Assembly (NCBI GenBank): GCA_964467325.1 | Contig: CAYXSG010000002.1 | Span: forward strand, 1 to 40,574 | From: an uncultured Candidatus Saccharibacteria bacterium | GTDB taxonomy: Bacteria; Patescibacteriota; Minisyncoccia; Phycocordibacterales; JAKAEA01 | DNA length: 40,574 nt | Direction of reading: 5' to 3' | In this document: positions 10,117 through 19,483 of the stretch, in pieces | Layout: each line of letters starts with the position of its first letter | Position numbering within the stretch: the first letter of the stretch is position 1 | Translations under genes and position numbers: made by a program | The notes under the pieces: model-generated | Told to the model about the DNA's origin: nothing | Seen by the model: the letters and a program-made list of their open reading frames with translations, nothing else | The model's database searches: none

Positions 10117-11322
10117 TTAAATTGAGTTCGCGACGTTGTAAATTGGAATCAAAACGGAGGCGAGAAGCACGCCGACGCCGAGACCGAGAAGGACAATCAT
10201 GACTGGTTCAATGAGGCCGACGAGCGTGTCCACGGCGTTGATAACTTCGCGCTGATAAAACTTGGAAAGCGTTTTCAAAATGTTGCCGAGCTCGCCGGTT
10301 TCTTCTCCAACTTTAATCATTTGAATCATGATACTGGGAATTTCGTGGAACTGGACAAGCGAATCGGAAAGCGAACTACCACCTTTTACCGACTCCACCG
10401 CTTTGCCTAAAATGCGTTCGTAAACTGCGCTGCCGACCACCGACTGCGTCACTTCCAACGCTTTAATCATGGGAATCCCGGAGATGAGCATGGTGTTCAT
10501 GTTGTCGGCGATGCGTGCGAGGTAGAGCTTGCGGAAAAGATTGCCGACGTACGGCGTGGTGATTTTCAAATCATCAAACCAATTCCGGCCGCCTTCGGTG
10601 CGGATGTATCGGACAATGAAAAATCCAGCGATGATGAGACCAACAATCAGGAACAAGCCGTAACTGACAAAGAAACTCGATAGGCCAATGACAATTTGAG
10701 TGTAAATCGGGATTGGCTGGCCGGAATCGGTGATGATGGAAGCGATTTTCGGGATGACCACCGTAAACATAAGAATCATAACCGCCATGAAAACGACAAT
10801 GATGAAAGTTGGGTAAACTAGCGCGTTCTTGGCTTTGGAAGTGACTTCATAGCTACGATCAAGATAGTCGGCGAGATAGTTGAAAATTTCGTCCAGCTTA
10901 CCCGACTCTTCGCCGGAACGCACCATGTTGACATAAAAATTGGAGAAAATTTGCGGATGTTTTTCCAGCGCTTTGGAAATGGAACTGCCAGCTTGCAAAT
11001 CGGTCGCCACTTCGGAAAGTGCATCTCTGAAAATTGGATTTTCCGACTCCGCGCCAAGCAAACGAAAAACGCGAAGCGCCGAAACTTGCGCCGCAAAAAG
11101 AATGGCCATTTGCCGAGAAAGAATGACGACGTCTTTGTTTTTTATGTGATTGAAAAAAGAAATGTTCCGGTCAAAAACCGAGCCTTCTTTCGGCGTATCA
11201 ATTTTGGAAATGATGAGGCCACGGCGCTGCAGCGAGTTGATGGCAATGTCCACATTGATGGCTTCAATTTCGCCCTCGCGCATCACTCCGGTATTGTCTA
11301 TGGCTTGATATTTGAAAATCAT
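10117..11322 (-). CDS. pilC: type IV pilus platform protein (GspF/PilC family)
   Basis: 401 aa with duplicated T2SS-F domains and 3 TM segments. It lies next to pilT and pilB. Confidence 0.95.
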   Translation of the reverse strand: MIFKYQAIDNTGVMREGEIEAINVDIAINSLQRRGLIISKIDTPKEGSVFDRNISFFNHIKNKDVVILSRQMAILFAAQVSALRVFRLLGAESENPIFRDALSEVATDLQAGSSISKALEKHPQIFSNFYVNMVRSGEESGKLDEIFNYLADYLDRSYEVTSKAKNALVYPTFIIVVFMAVMILMFTVVIPKIASIITDSGQPIPIYTQIVIGLSSFFVSYGLFLIVGLIIAGFFIVRYIRTEGGRNWFDDLKITTPYVGNLFRKLYLARIADNMNTMLISGIPMIKALEVTQSVVGSAVYERILGKAVESVKGGSSLSDSLVQFHEIPSIMIQMIKVGEETGELGNILKTLSKFYQREVINAVDTLVGLIEPVMIVLLGLGVGVLLASVLIPIYNVANSI

Positions 11323-11331
11323 GAGGACTAG

Positions 11332-12402
11332 TTAAATTAATTTTTCCAGAATTTTTGGATTGAGCGAATAGTGGTAAGCATTTTCAATGGTGATGTCACC
11401 CGAACGCACGAGCTCGGCAAGCGAGCGATTCATGTCAATCATGCCAAACTGAGAACCAGTTTCGATGACGGTGTTGATTTCGTGCGTGCGGCGCTCGCGG
11501 ATGAGGTTCGCCACAGCGCTGTTATTAATGAGCAATTCGTAAGCCGGAATCAAGCCGCCGGACACGCGCGGAATGAGGCGTTGAGAAAAAATACCAGTGA
11601 GCGAACCCGCAAGCTGGACGCGAATTTGCGACTGCTGGTCGGCCGGAAAGGAGTCGATGATGCGCTCAATGGTCTGAGCGGCGTTGTTGGTGTGCAAAGT
11701 GGAAAGCACGAGGTGGCCAGTTTCGGCGGCGGTGACAGCCGTAGAAATTGTATTGAGGCCGCGCATCTCGCCAATTAAAGCCACGTTGATGTCTTCGCGG
11801 AAAATCGAAATGAGCGCGGAATGAAAATCTTCGGTATCAATCCCCACTTCCCGCTGATCAATGATGGATTTTTTGGAAACATATTCATATTCAATCGGAT
11901 CTTCAATGGTAAGAATGTGCTCTAAGCGCTCGTTGTTTATAAGCTCAATCATGGATGCGAGCGTGGTGGACTTGCCTTGGCCGACCGGTCCGACCACGAG
12001 GAAAAAGCCTTGGCGATAGCGCGTGAAGGTTTCCAAAATCGGCGGCAAGTTCAGGTCGGTGAGCGATTTGATTTGGCGCGGAATGAAACGCAGAGCGATA
12101 GAAATCATGCCTTGGTGAAAAAAACAATTACCTCTGAACCGGACGTCAAACTTGGCGTGAGCGTAAGAAAAATCTATTTCCTTTTTTTCCAAAAAGCGCT
12201 TCTTAAACTCAGGCACCATGAGGCAGTCCAAAATGCCGTTCATGTCTTCTTTGGTGAGCAGGTCAATTTTAAGGAGCGGCACCAGAAATCCAGAAACGCG
12301 AATTATCGGATTGCGTTTTTCGGACAAGTGTAAATCGGATGCGCCTTCTTTGATGACAATGGAAACCAATTCGTCTACGAAACTTTTATAATCTTTGTTC
12401 AT
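11332..12402 (-). CDS. pilT: twitching-motility retraction ATPase
   Basis: 356 aa with Walker A GPVGQGKSTT and the PilT-type Asp/His boxes (IGEMRG, TGHLVLSTLHTNNA). Confidence 0.95.
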   Translation of the reverse strand: MNKDYKSFVDELVSIVIKEGASDLHLSEKRNPIIRVSGFLVPLLKIDLLTKEDMNGILDCLMVPEFKKRFLEKKEIDFSYAHAKFDVRFRGNCFFHQGMISIALRFIPRQIKSLTDLNLPPILETFTRYRQGFFLVVGPVGQGKSTTLASMIELINNERLEHILTIEDPIEYEYVSKKSIIDQREVGIDTEDFHSALISIFREDINVALIGEMRGLNTISTAVTAAETGHLVLSTLHTNNAAQTIERIIDSFPADQQSQIRVQLAGSLTGIFSQRLIPRVSGGLIPAYELLINNSAVANLIRERRTHEINTVIETGSQFGMIDMNRSLAELVRSGDITIENAYHYSLNPKILEKLI

Positions 12403-12794
12403 GATTTTTTTACCGCTTCGTGGATACGCTTCACTTCGTTGATAACTTCGGATGGAATGGTGGTGGCTTTCACGATGTAGCCGTCGGCTTTGAGCGCTTT
12501 GGCTTTTTCAATGTCGGCGCTGTCGCTCTGGTTGGTGAGCATCACCACCGTGGCATTTTGTGCGAAATTTTTATTCCGGATTTCCTGCAAAAGCTCCAAG
12601 CCGTCCATGCCCGGCATGACCACGTCCAAAAGCAAAAGACTCGGCGAAAAACCCTCAGACAGTTTTTTCAAAGCGTCGGGCGTGTTTTGGCACGTTACCA
12701 CTTCAAAACCTTCGTTGGAAAATTTGAGAGAATACATATTGAGCAGGAAGGTGTCGTCGTCAACGATGAGAATTTTCTGCTTGATGTTGTCCAT
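12399..12794 (-). CDS. receiver-only response regulator (CheY/PilH-like)
   Basis: 131 aa. ILIVDDD...LLLLDVVMPGMDG...KADGYIVK is a REC domain with no output domain. It overlaps the pilT start by 4 nt. Confidence 0.9.
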   Translation of the reverse strand: MDNIKQKILIVDDDTFLLNMYSLKFSNEGFEVVTCQNTPDALKKLSEGFSPSLLLLDVVMPGMDGLELLQEIRNKNFAQNATVVMLTNQSDSADIEKAKALKADGYIVKATTIPSEVINEVKRIHEAVKKS

Positions 12795-12819
12795 AATATG
12801 CTAGCAATTATAGCACGCC

Positions 12820-14553
12820 TCAAAACTTATTAACTTCTTCAAAAGCAATTTCGCCGCGGAACGCTTTGAGCATCGCATCTTCTTTCATGGTCAACATGCC
12901 TTTGCCTCTTACAACTTTATTGATTTCAAATTCGGTCGGATTTTTGAGAATAACCTGCTCAATTTCCCTATCCATTTCAAACATTTCAAAAACCGCCACG
13001 CGACCGCGCGTGCCGGCCGGACAATCGTCGGTTGGCATAACTTCTTTCACAGAGTTGGGAATGACAATTTCTTTCCGATATTTTTCCGGCAAATCCTGAA
13101 GCTGTTTTTCTATAAACAGCCGCATGCTGCCTTCGAGCGGAACGTCTTTGCCGCCGCCGGGCGGTAAAAGCGGTGAAAGACGCTGGGCCATGGCGAGCAC
13201 GAGAGTCGGCGCAATGAGGTAAGGGTCAACGCCCATGTCGATGAGACGCGGAATAACACCGACCGCGTTGTTGGTGTGGATGGTAGAAAGCACGAGGTGG
13301 CCGGTGAGCGATGCTTGAATGGCAAGCTGCGCCGTTTCTTTATCGCGGATCTCGCCAACCATTATGATGTTTGGATCTTGACGAAGTGTGGTGCGCAAGC
13401 CGTTCGCAAAAGTGTAGCCGATTTCCGGCCGGACTTGCGATTGGTTTACGCCGTCAATGTTATATTCAATCGGATCTTCCAAAGACAAAACGTTTTTCTG
13501 CTCACGATCCACAATATTTAAAAGCGAATAAAGCGTCGTGGATTTACCGGAACCGGTCGGACCGGAAATGAGCACCAAACCGTACGGCCGCTTGACCACG
13601 CCGCGGACCAGCTCAAGATTTCTCGGCGTAAAACCGATTTCTTCCAACTTTTTCACGCCCTTTTCCTGATCCAAAATACGCATCACGATTTTCTCGCCGT
13701 AATAAGTTGGGAAAGTGGAAACGCGGAAATCGATTTTTCGATTGTCGATTTTTGCGGAGAAACGGCCGTCTTGTGGTTTGCGCTTTTCATCCAAACGCAT
13801 GTTGGACAAAATCTTGATGCGGGCAGTGAGCGATGAAAGCACTTTTGACGGCAAGACAAGACTAGTGTTCAAAAGGCCGTCCACGCGAAATCGAACGCGA
13901 ATATTGCCACTCAACGGCTCAATGTGAATGTCGGAAGCATTGCCTTCGGTGGCATAACGCAAAATGGTAGCGACAATTTTCGTCACCGGCGCATCTTCTA
14001 CGATTTTCGTCTCAACTTTTTTCCCACCGTTGTCAATCTGCTGTTCCAAATCGTCTTTATATTCCGACTCGCCTTTCTCGCCCTTCATCTGAATATCAAT
14101 ATCGGAAAGCGCGCTGGTCACTTCAGCAGAAAGACCTTTGTAAATGCCTAAAACTTTTTCAAAATCTTCCTGAGAAATCAAGAAAATTTTGTACGGCATA
14201 TTAATTTTCGAGGAAATGAAGTTGAGCGCATCGCGAGCTTCAATGTTGTCGGGGTCCACGAGACCAACTTCCAGCACACTATCTTTCACATCCAAAGGCA
14301 CGAAGCGGTAATACACCGCCGATTCTTCTGGAATGTATTCCAAAACGGAATAAGACACGTCGTCATTGCCGACAATGCGAATCGGCACTTGCATGATTTC
14401 ACCCTTGATTTTCAAAATATCCTTGCCGGCCAAACCGCGCTTTTGGAGCACCGCTTCCAAGCTTTCGCCGCTCGTTTGGACTTCTTTTTCAATCGCGGAA
14501 ATTTCTTTCTCCGCTATGAGCTGTTTGCGAGCCAGAGCTTCAAGGAGTTTCAT
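12820..14553 (-). CDS. pilB: type IV pilus assembly ATPase (GspE/PilB family)
   Basis: 577 aa with an N-terminal GSPII_E_N-like domain, Walker A GPTGSGKSTT and the motif TGHLVLSTIHTNNA. Confidence 0.95.
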   Translation of the reverse strand: MKLLEALARKQLIAEKEISAIEKEVQTSGESLEAVLQKRGLAGKDILKIKGEIMQVPIRIVGNDDVSYSVLEYIPEESAVYYRFVPLDVKDSVLEVGLVDPDNIEARDALNFISSKINMPYKIFLISQEDFEKVLGIYKGLSAEVTSALSDIDIQMKGEKGESEYKDDLEQQIDNGGKKVETKIVEDAPVTKIVATILRYATEGNASDIHIEPLSGNIRVRFRVDGLLNTSLVLPSKVLSSLTARIKILSNMRLDEKRKPQDGRFSAKIDNRKIDFRVSTFPTYYGEKIVMRILDQEKGVKKLEEIGFTPRNLELVRGVVKRPYGLVLISGPTGSGKSTTLYSLLNIVDREQKNVLSLEDPIEYNIDGVNQSQVRPEIGYTFANGLRTTLRQDPNIIMVGEIRDKETAQLAIQASLTGHLVLSTIHTNNAVGVIPRLIDMGVDPYLIAPTLVLAMAQRLSPLLPPGGGKDVPLEGSMRLFIEKQLQDLPEKYRKEIVIPNSVKEVMPTDDCPAGTRGRVAVFEMFEMDREIEQVILKNPTEFEINKVVRGKGMLTMKEDAMLKAFRGEIAFEEVNKF

Positions 14554-14572
14554 AGGAATTTTTTTGGATTAA

Positions 14573-14941
14573 CTATCTGGCGGGCGCGGCTGGCTTGGTG
14601 GGGGCGGTAGTCATGCCGTCAACCGGCGCAAAAGGATTTGGTCTGCCAACAGGTTCTTGACCAAGCTTTACTGTCCAATCCTGCAAACTCATGAAAACCG
14701 GATTCTTAAAAAGCGAACTGTCGAGATTTATGGATTCAATTTTGGCCAACAATGACAAATCTTGAGGACTGAGAGGATTGTTGGGATCGCTTGAAGGCGA
14801 TACAACCAACGGAGAATCGGGTTGAGTTTGAGCACTCACGGAATTATCCGCCAAATATTTCCAAGCCAGAAACGCAAACACCATAAGCAAGAGTATCGCG
14901 ACCGGCGCCAAACTAGATTTTTCTTTGCGGTTGCGGTTCAT
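14573..14941 (-). CDS. membrane-anchored pilus-locus protein, Pro-rich C-terminus, unknown family
   Basis: 122 aa with one N-terminal TM helix (APVAILLLMVFAFLAW). It occupies the position of pilP but I could not see similarity to PilP. Confidence 0.55.
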   Translation of the reverse strand: MNRNRKEKSSLAPVAILLLMVFAFLAWKYLADNSVSAQTQPDSPLVVSPSSDPNNPLSPQDLSLLAKIESINLDSSLFKNPVFMSLQDWTVKLGQEPVGRPNPFAPVDGMTTAPTKPAAPAR

Positions 14942-14945
14942 AAAT

Positions 14946-15506
14946 TTATTTTAACACATAAGTTGAAAGCGTAACGGCATAATCGTAATATGGCGAATTG
15001 GGCGACTGTGAGAATGTCAGGCTGGTAATGTCCATGAGGCGTAGGTTGTGTTCAAGATCGTCCACAAATTTTAAGAATTGGTCGTAAGGAAGTGAGACAA
15101 TAAAACTCACGGAAACCGGCCGGTATGACAAACCAGATGTATCAGATGCTGTTGACACGGGCGCAGTATTTTTTGACGACGAAGAGCTATTGTCGGAAAC
15201 TCTAATATTTTTGACGTTTTGGGTGTAACGCGAAGCGAGGTTGTTGATTTCAATGATGAGTTTAATGCTGTCGATGGAGTCGGGCAAGAATGTATTCAAA
15301 CGATCCACATCTGATTCGCTGAAGCTTTGGCGCTGACTAACGAGCGAGTCGCGCTTTTCCGACATGTTTTGGGCGCGCGAGATTGCATCGTCATATTGAG
15401 TGATGCTTTGGCGAACCGTCGTAATGCTGCTGTACGTTGGCTTGGTATACATAAAAAACAGTCCGAGTGAGATGGCGATGAGGATTAATGAGGTGAAGGA
15501 TTTCAT
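14946..15506 (-). CDS. PilO-like pilus assembly protein
   Basis: 186 aa with an N-terminal TM helix followed by a coiled segment. Its position is downstream of the pilM- and pilN-like genes. Confidence 0.6.
   Translation of the reverse strand: MKSFTSLILIAISLGLFFMYTKPTYSSITTVRQSITQYDDAISRAQNMSEKRDSLVSQRQSFSESDVDRLNTFLPDSIDSIKLIIEINNLASRYTQNVKNIRVSDNSSSSSKNTAPVSTASDTSGLSYRPVSVSFIVSLPYDQFLKFVDDLEHNLRLMDITSLTFSQSPNSPYYDYAVTLSTYVLK
14948..14956 (-). promoter_or_regulatory. extended -10 (TGtTAAAAT) 6 nt before ATG 14941
   Basis: Same geometry as the other leaderless genes. It overlaps the stop of the pilO-like gene. Confidence 0.35.
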
Positions 15507-15511
15507 ATGAT

Positions 15512-16156
15512 TTAATTTGGCGTGGACGTGCTGGTGGACGTGGCAAGTGGCGCAGGTGCGACCGAAGCTTGAGTGCCACCCAAAATCAGATACTGAGGAT
15601 TGACGGACGTCGAGAGGCTAAACACCACGTTGCCGTTGGCGTCTAAAGCGAGATCAGAAAAAGTTGGATTCCTAAAGTATTTTTGATGTTCGGGTTTGGA
15701 AAATTCCAGCTGCTGCAAAGCCACGGATGTATAGCTTTTTGCGGTGCCTTTCATGCTCACGGAAATATCCTGGTCGGAATTTTTAGTAAAGGTGAAATTG
15801 GAGAGGCTAACCGATTTGAGCGTGGCATCGCCGAGCGCGCTGAAAAACAGCGGCAAAGAGAGATGATTTTGCAAAAGCGTTTTCGCCGACTCAATTTTTG
15901 AATCAAAACGGGAAAGTTGGTTGACCAGTGCGCTGTCGAAACTGCTCAGCTTCTGCTGCAGCGTATCGCGCCTAGCGGCCAGCTGGTTATTGAAGTACCA
16001 GTTGAAACCGAAAGCGGCGCCAGCCAGTATGAAAGACAGCGCGAACAGCCATTTCGCGGCTAAAGAAAACAAATTGGTGGGACGCTGGGGTTTTGCGAGC
16101 GTCTGGCTTAAAGCTTTTTTGGGAATGAACGAAGGTTGTACGTTGTTCTCCATCAT
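15512..16156 (-). CDS. PilN-like pilus assembly protein
   Basis: 214 aa with a short cytoplasmic N-terminus, a TM helix (WLFALSFILAGAAFGF) and a periplasmic-type domain. It follows pilM. Confidence 0.6.
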   Translation of the reverse strand: MMENNVQPSFIPKKALSQTLAKPQRPTNLFSLAAKWLFALSFILAGAAFGFNWYFNNQLAARRDTLQQKLSSFDSALVNQLSRFDSKIESAKTLLQNHLSLPLFFSALGDATLKSVSLSNFTFTKNSDQDISVSMKGTAKSYTSVALQQLEFSKPEHQKYFRNPTFSDLALDANGNVVFSLSTSVNPQYLILGGTQASVAPAPLATSTSTSTPN

Positions 16157-16163
16157 TTCTACA

Positions 16164-16172
16164 ATGATAGCA
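16164..16172 (-). promoter_or_regulatory. extended -10 (TGcTATCAT) 7 nt before ATG 16156
   Basis: An internal promoter in the 58-nt pilM-pilN gap, with no Shine-Dalgarno. Confidence 0.45.
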
Positions 16173-16214
16173 CATAGAAACTCAAAGCAACACGAACTTT
16201 TCCCCTTTCTTAGG

Positions 16215-17327
16215 TTAACCGAGCTCGCCGAGCTTGCGCAGCGCCACGCCTACGGCCACCGCGAATTCAGGACCGGTGGTTTTTAGCACTTCGGACAGAA
16301 AAGCTGGTGCTTCGGTCTTGCCAAACGGATCGCCGAGCGCCACGCTGGTCTGCAAACGCTCTTCGGCGTAGGGCAAAATGCCCTTGAGCATTGCGCCGCC
16401 GCCCACCATGAAAACTTTCGGCACGTCTTTGTTGTATTTTCTTTGATAATTCAAAATAACTTGGTGTGCTTCGGAAAAAATATAATCTAAAGTTACAGAA
16501 ATAATAGAAGCAATTTCATTTTTGCGATTTTCCGGCACTTGGTTGATGTCGCGCTTCATGATTTCGGCAGTTTGCACAGAAACGCTGAGCGCGCGCGACA
16601 TGGCCAGCGTCACATCCTGCGCGCCGCGACTAACCACGTGTGAAGCGCGCACCACGCCCTGTTCCACAATGTACATTTTGGTGGAAGCGGCGCCGAGGTC
16701 AATGATCATCTGACTGACAAATTCTTGGTCGGCCACCGAGCGCAGCGTGCTGAAAATTTCAATTTCGAAAAAGCTGGTCTGGAGTTTCGCTTGATTGATA
16801 ATGGTTTGATACTTGGCGAGGATTTGGTTGTGAATCGCCACCAAGAGCACGTCGATTTTTTCGGCCGCGCCGACTTTTTTCTCTTGATCGGAAAATTGCG
16901 GACTGCGAGAAACGTTTTTCGGAATCACCCACCAATCCAGCGTCACCTCGCTGATGGGCACCGGCACGTATTTTCTCGCTTCGAGCGGAATCATTTGCGG
17001 AAATTGCTTCTCGGAAAGCGCCGGCATTTCAATGGCCGTAATCAAACTAGCGCCAAAAGGGATGGAAAGACCGGCGCTCGTGGCGGTGGCTTTTGATTCG
17101 CGAATGACGTCTTTGAGCGCTTCGGCGATTTTTTCGGGCGGCAAATTGGTGGAGCGACCGACTTCCGTGCTAGCGTACGGCCCGAGTGAAAGTTCGCCGT
17201 AAGTTTGAAGAACAGCGCGGCCCGATTTGCGCGCCAGCTGGACGATTTTGATTGAAGAAGAGCCAATATCCACTCCAATCACGCCCGCGCCTCTATGGCT
17301 GAATAGGTTTGTGAAAAAATTTGCCAT
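16215..17327 (-). CDS. pilM: type IV pilus assembly ATPase-like protein PilM (actin fold)
   Basis: 370 aa. VIGVDIGSSSIKIVQL and the later DLGAASTK phosphate motifs indicate an actin-like fold. Confidence 0.85.
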   Translation of the reverse strand: MANFFTNLFSHRGAGVIGVDIGSSSIKIVQLARKSGRAVLQTYGELSLGPYASTEVGRSTNLPPEKIAEALKDVIRESKATATSAGLSIPFGASLITAIEMPALSEKQFPQMIPLEARKYVPVPISEVTLDWWVIPKNVSRSPQFSDQEKKVGAAEKIDVLLVAIHNQILAKYQTIINQAKLQTSFFEIEIFSTLRSVADQEFVSQMIIDLGAASTKMYIVEQGVVRASHVVSRGAQDVTLAMSRALSVSVQTAEIMKRDINQVPENRKNEIASIISVTLDYIFSEAHQVILNYQRKYNKDVPKVFMVGGGAMLKGILPYAEERLQTSVALGDPFGKTEAPAFLSEVLKTTGPEFAVAVGVALRKLGELG

Positions 17328-17346
17328 GCCCTGCGATTTAGAGTCC

Positions 17347-17355
17347 AGTATATCA
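17347..17355 (-). promoter_or_regulatory. extended -10 promoter TGaTATACT for the pilM operon
   Basis: Lies 19 nt upstream of ATG 17327, in the divergent pilM/comF intergenic region. Confidence 0.45.
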
Positions 17356-17394
17356 CAATTGCTCGGATTTTATAATTCCTTTAACTCGGCTGAG

Positions 17395-17400
17395 TATGAT
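17395..17400 (+). promoter_or_regulatory. -10 box TATGAT 6 nt before comF ATG 17407
   Basis: Leaderless geometry with no Shine-Dalgarno. Confidence 0.4.
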
Positions 17401-17406
17401 TGAAGT

Positions 17407-18039
17407 ATGCTAAAACATTTCTTGAGATGGCTTTTTCCCCAACCGCCGAACGTTGAGAGAATTGAAAATTTATCAGCTGGAGATTTTGCCGCCATCGCCG
17501 CGCGGCCGCTTGAAAAACCGCCGGCCGGCATTCTAAGTGCGTTCAAATATAGAGATCCGCTCGTGCGCCAAGCGCTTTGGCTGCTCAAATATCGCGGCAA
17601 TCGGCGCGTCGCCAAACTTTTTGCCGAGCTTCTCTCTGACCAATTTATTGAAACCGTTTCTGAAGAAGCGCTGTACGCCGATTTTTCCAACCCAATCATC
17701 ATACCCATTCCCCTTTCGCATGAACGGATGAAAGAGCGTGGCTGGAATCAAGCGGAAATGCTCGCGCGCGAACTGCAAAAAATCCAGCCGGCTTTTGAAT
17801 TGCAAATTAAAACTCTGAAAAAAATCAGACACACCGCGCCGCAGACTTCGCTGTCGCGCGCGGCGCGCGAAAAAAATCTCAAAGGCTGTTTCGTCGTCGC
17901 CAAACCGGAACTCATCAAAAATCGCAACATCATTTTAATTGACGATGTCACGACGACCGGCAGCACCATCCTCGAAGCGCGCCGCGCGCTCTTAAAATCC
18001 GATGCAAGACGTGTGCTTGCTTTTACGATTGCACATTGA
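17407..18039 (+). CDS. comF: ComF-family phosphoribosyltransferase-like competence protein
   Basis: 210 aa with the PRTase motif IILIDDVTTTGST near the C-terminus and ComFC-like architecture. It lacks the N-terminal Cys pairs. Confidence 0.8.
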   Translation: MLKHFLRWLFPQPPNVERIENLSAGDFAAIAARPLEKPPAGILSAFKYRDPLVRQALWLLKYRGNRRVAKLFAELLSDQFIETVSEEALYADFSNPIIIPIPLSHERMKERGWNQAEMLARELQKIQPAFELQIKTLKKIRHTAPQTSLSRAAREKNLKGCFVVAKPELIKNRNIILIDDVTTTGSTILEARRALLKSDARRVLAFTIAH

Positions 18040-18074
18040 ATATAATGCGCTAAGACTCAAACAAAGGAGAAATC

Positions 18075-18305
18075 GTGAGCGTAATTTCGGACACTTCAGA
18101 AAATGTACCGAGTAGTCTTGTTCCCCACATACCGTTTGATTCTCGATCTGGTGACGATGGGAACTGGTGGCCTTTCAGAATACACAGAACACCAACACCC
18201 GAACCGCCGCCCGAACCAACGCCGCCCGCCAAACAGGAGAAAGAAAAAGACAGCGACTACCACCCCACCGACAGACGTTGTCCGTTTTGCGGCGGTGTTC
18301 ATTGA
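18075..18305 (+). CDS. hypothetical Pro-rich small protein (76 aa)
   Basis: GTG start with AAAGGAG (18063-18069) 5 nt upstream, TATAAT at 18041-18046 and a terminator downstream. The C-terminus reads CPFCGGVH. Confidence 0.5.
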   Translation: MSVISDTSENVPSSLVPHIPFDSRSGDDGNWWPFRIHRTPTPEPPPEPTPPAKQEKEKDSDYHPTDRRCPFCGGVH

Positions 18306-18326
18306 TTCAATTCTCCCGCTCAAACA

Positions 18327-18352
18327 AACGCTGACCTTGGTGGGTCAGCGTT
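18327..18352 (+). terminator. rho-independent terminator
   Basis: Stem AACGCTGACC/GGTCAGCGTT with a 6-nt loop, followed by ATTTTTAT. Confidence 0.7.
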
Positions 18353-18394
18353 ATTTTTATATTTTCCTATTTCTATTTTAAAAGGTTATGAAAA

Positions 18395-18763
18395 CTAAAC
18401 CCCTTTTGGATTTGGGCCATACTGATTTGCGCCTGGCTGGCTATCCATTACGTAGAAAACGAACAAAACAATCCAACCAATAATCGGCAGCAAGCTCCAC
18501 AATAAATTCCAAGCGCTCCGGCCGGTGTCGTGAAGCCGCCGCACCGCAATCGCCAGCGACGGCAGAAGCACCGCCAAGCCATAAAGCGAACTTAAGACGT
18601 TGTTATGATTCGGCAAATTCAAGCCGACAACGCTGCCCACAATCCCCACCACAATGCTCGCAATTAAATTGAAAAGCACGAACATCCAATAATCTTTCCG
18701 GCTCGCTCGGCCGTCAAAGTCCATATACTTATTCTTCAAAACATCTATGTAATACTTATCCAT
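18395..18763 (-). CDS. DUF805-family inner-membrane protein
   Basis: GRASRKDYWMFVL...RRLHDTGRSAWNLLW...GANQYGPNP is the YhaH/YhaI-like signature. Confidence 0.8.
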   Translation of the reverse strand: MDKYYIDVLKNKYMDFDGRASRKDYWMFVLFNLIASIVVGIVGSVVGLNLPNHNNVLSSLYGLAVLLPSLAIAVRRLHDTGRSAWNLLWSLLPIIGWIVLFVFYVMDSQPGANQYGPNPKGV

Positions 18764-18797
18764 ATTATTTCTTTAGCTGGTAAAACTTCTTTCTTTT

Positions 18798-18806
18798 ATT
18801 CTATCA
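18798..18806 (-). promoter_or_regulatory. extended -10 promoter TGaTAGAAT
   Basis: Lies 34 nt upstream of ATG 18763. Confidence 0.4.
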
Positions 18807-18884
18807 TAAATCATTTGCTAATCTAACAAAAGTATATTAATGTTCGGCAAGATTTGAACCCACACTTTTACTCGGAGGAACGTC

Positions 18885-19439
18885 ATGAACAAGATCAGTA
18901 AGCTGCGTGAACAGCTCGAAAGTTACGTGCCTAATCCCAGATTCCCTGATGACGAGTACGCCATTACTTGTCTTTATGGAGCGCTTCTGGCAGTGAGCAA
19001 AGGCAACTTCGGCATCGGCTGCGTCATCGTGGATCAGTTTGGAAGGGCTGTTGCACGCGGCCACAACGAGGTTTTTCATCCGCACTTTCAGAGTTCTCGG
19101 CATGCCGAAATGGTGGCAATGAACAAGTTTGAAGACGCCTTCCATGAAGATGTTATCAGTATGCGAAATTACACGCTCTACACTTCAGTGGAATCCTGCC
19201 CAATGTGCATGGCGCGGCTCGCCACTTCCGGCGTCGGCCAAGTGCTTCACATTGCCGACGACGAGCAAGGCGGAATGGTGCACCTCGCAAACCGACTGCC
19301 GCCGGTGTGGCAAACTTTCATCAGACCTCCGCGGCAAAAGTGGGGCAAGGCGAAATGTTCACCCGAGCTTCGCAAACTCGCCATGGACATCTTCCTGTCC
19401 AACGTCCGCGAGCTGGACAAGAAGCTTCGAAATCGGTAA
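18885..19439 (+). CDS. CMP/dCMP-type zinc deaminase (nucleoside or nucleic-acid deaminase)
   Basis: HAEMVAM plus SCPMCMARL form the HAE...PCxxC zinc-binding motif. GGAGG (18874-18878) sits 6 nt upstream. Confidence 0.85.
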   Translation: MNKISKLREQLESYVPNPRFPDDEYAITCLYGALLAVSKGNFGIGCVIVDQFGRAVARGHNEVFHPHFQSSRHAEMVAMNKFEDAFHEDVISMRNYTLYTSVESCPMCMARLATSGVGQVLHIADDEQGGMVHLANRLPPVWQTFIRPPRQKWGKAKCSPELRKLAMDIFLSNVRELDKKLRNR

Positions 19440-19452
19440 GAAACCTGAGACC

Positions 19453-19475
19453 AAGAGAGCCAGACTGGCTCTCTT
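19453..19475. terminator. bidirectional terminator between convergent genes
   Basis: Stem AAGAGAGCC/GGCTCTCTT with a 5-nt loop and T/A runs on both sides. Confidence 0.65.
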
Positions 19476-19483
19476 TTAAATTA

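Noticed and set aside
17370-17708. 112-aa minus-strand ORF overlapping the comF start
   Set aside because: It would run through the divergent promoter region and has no signals. The comF frame carries the PRTase motif.
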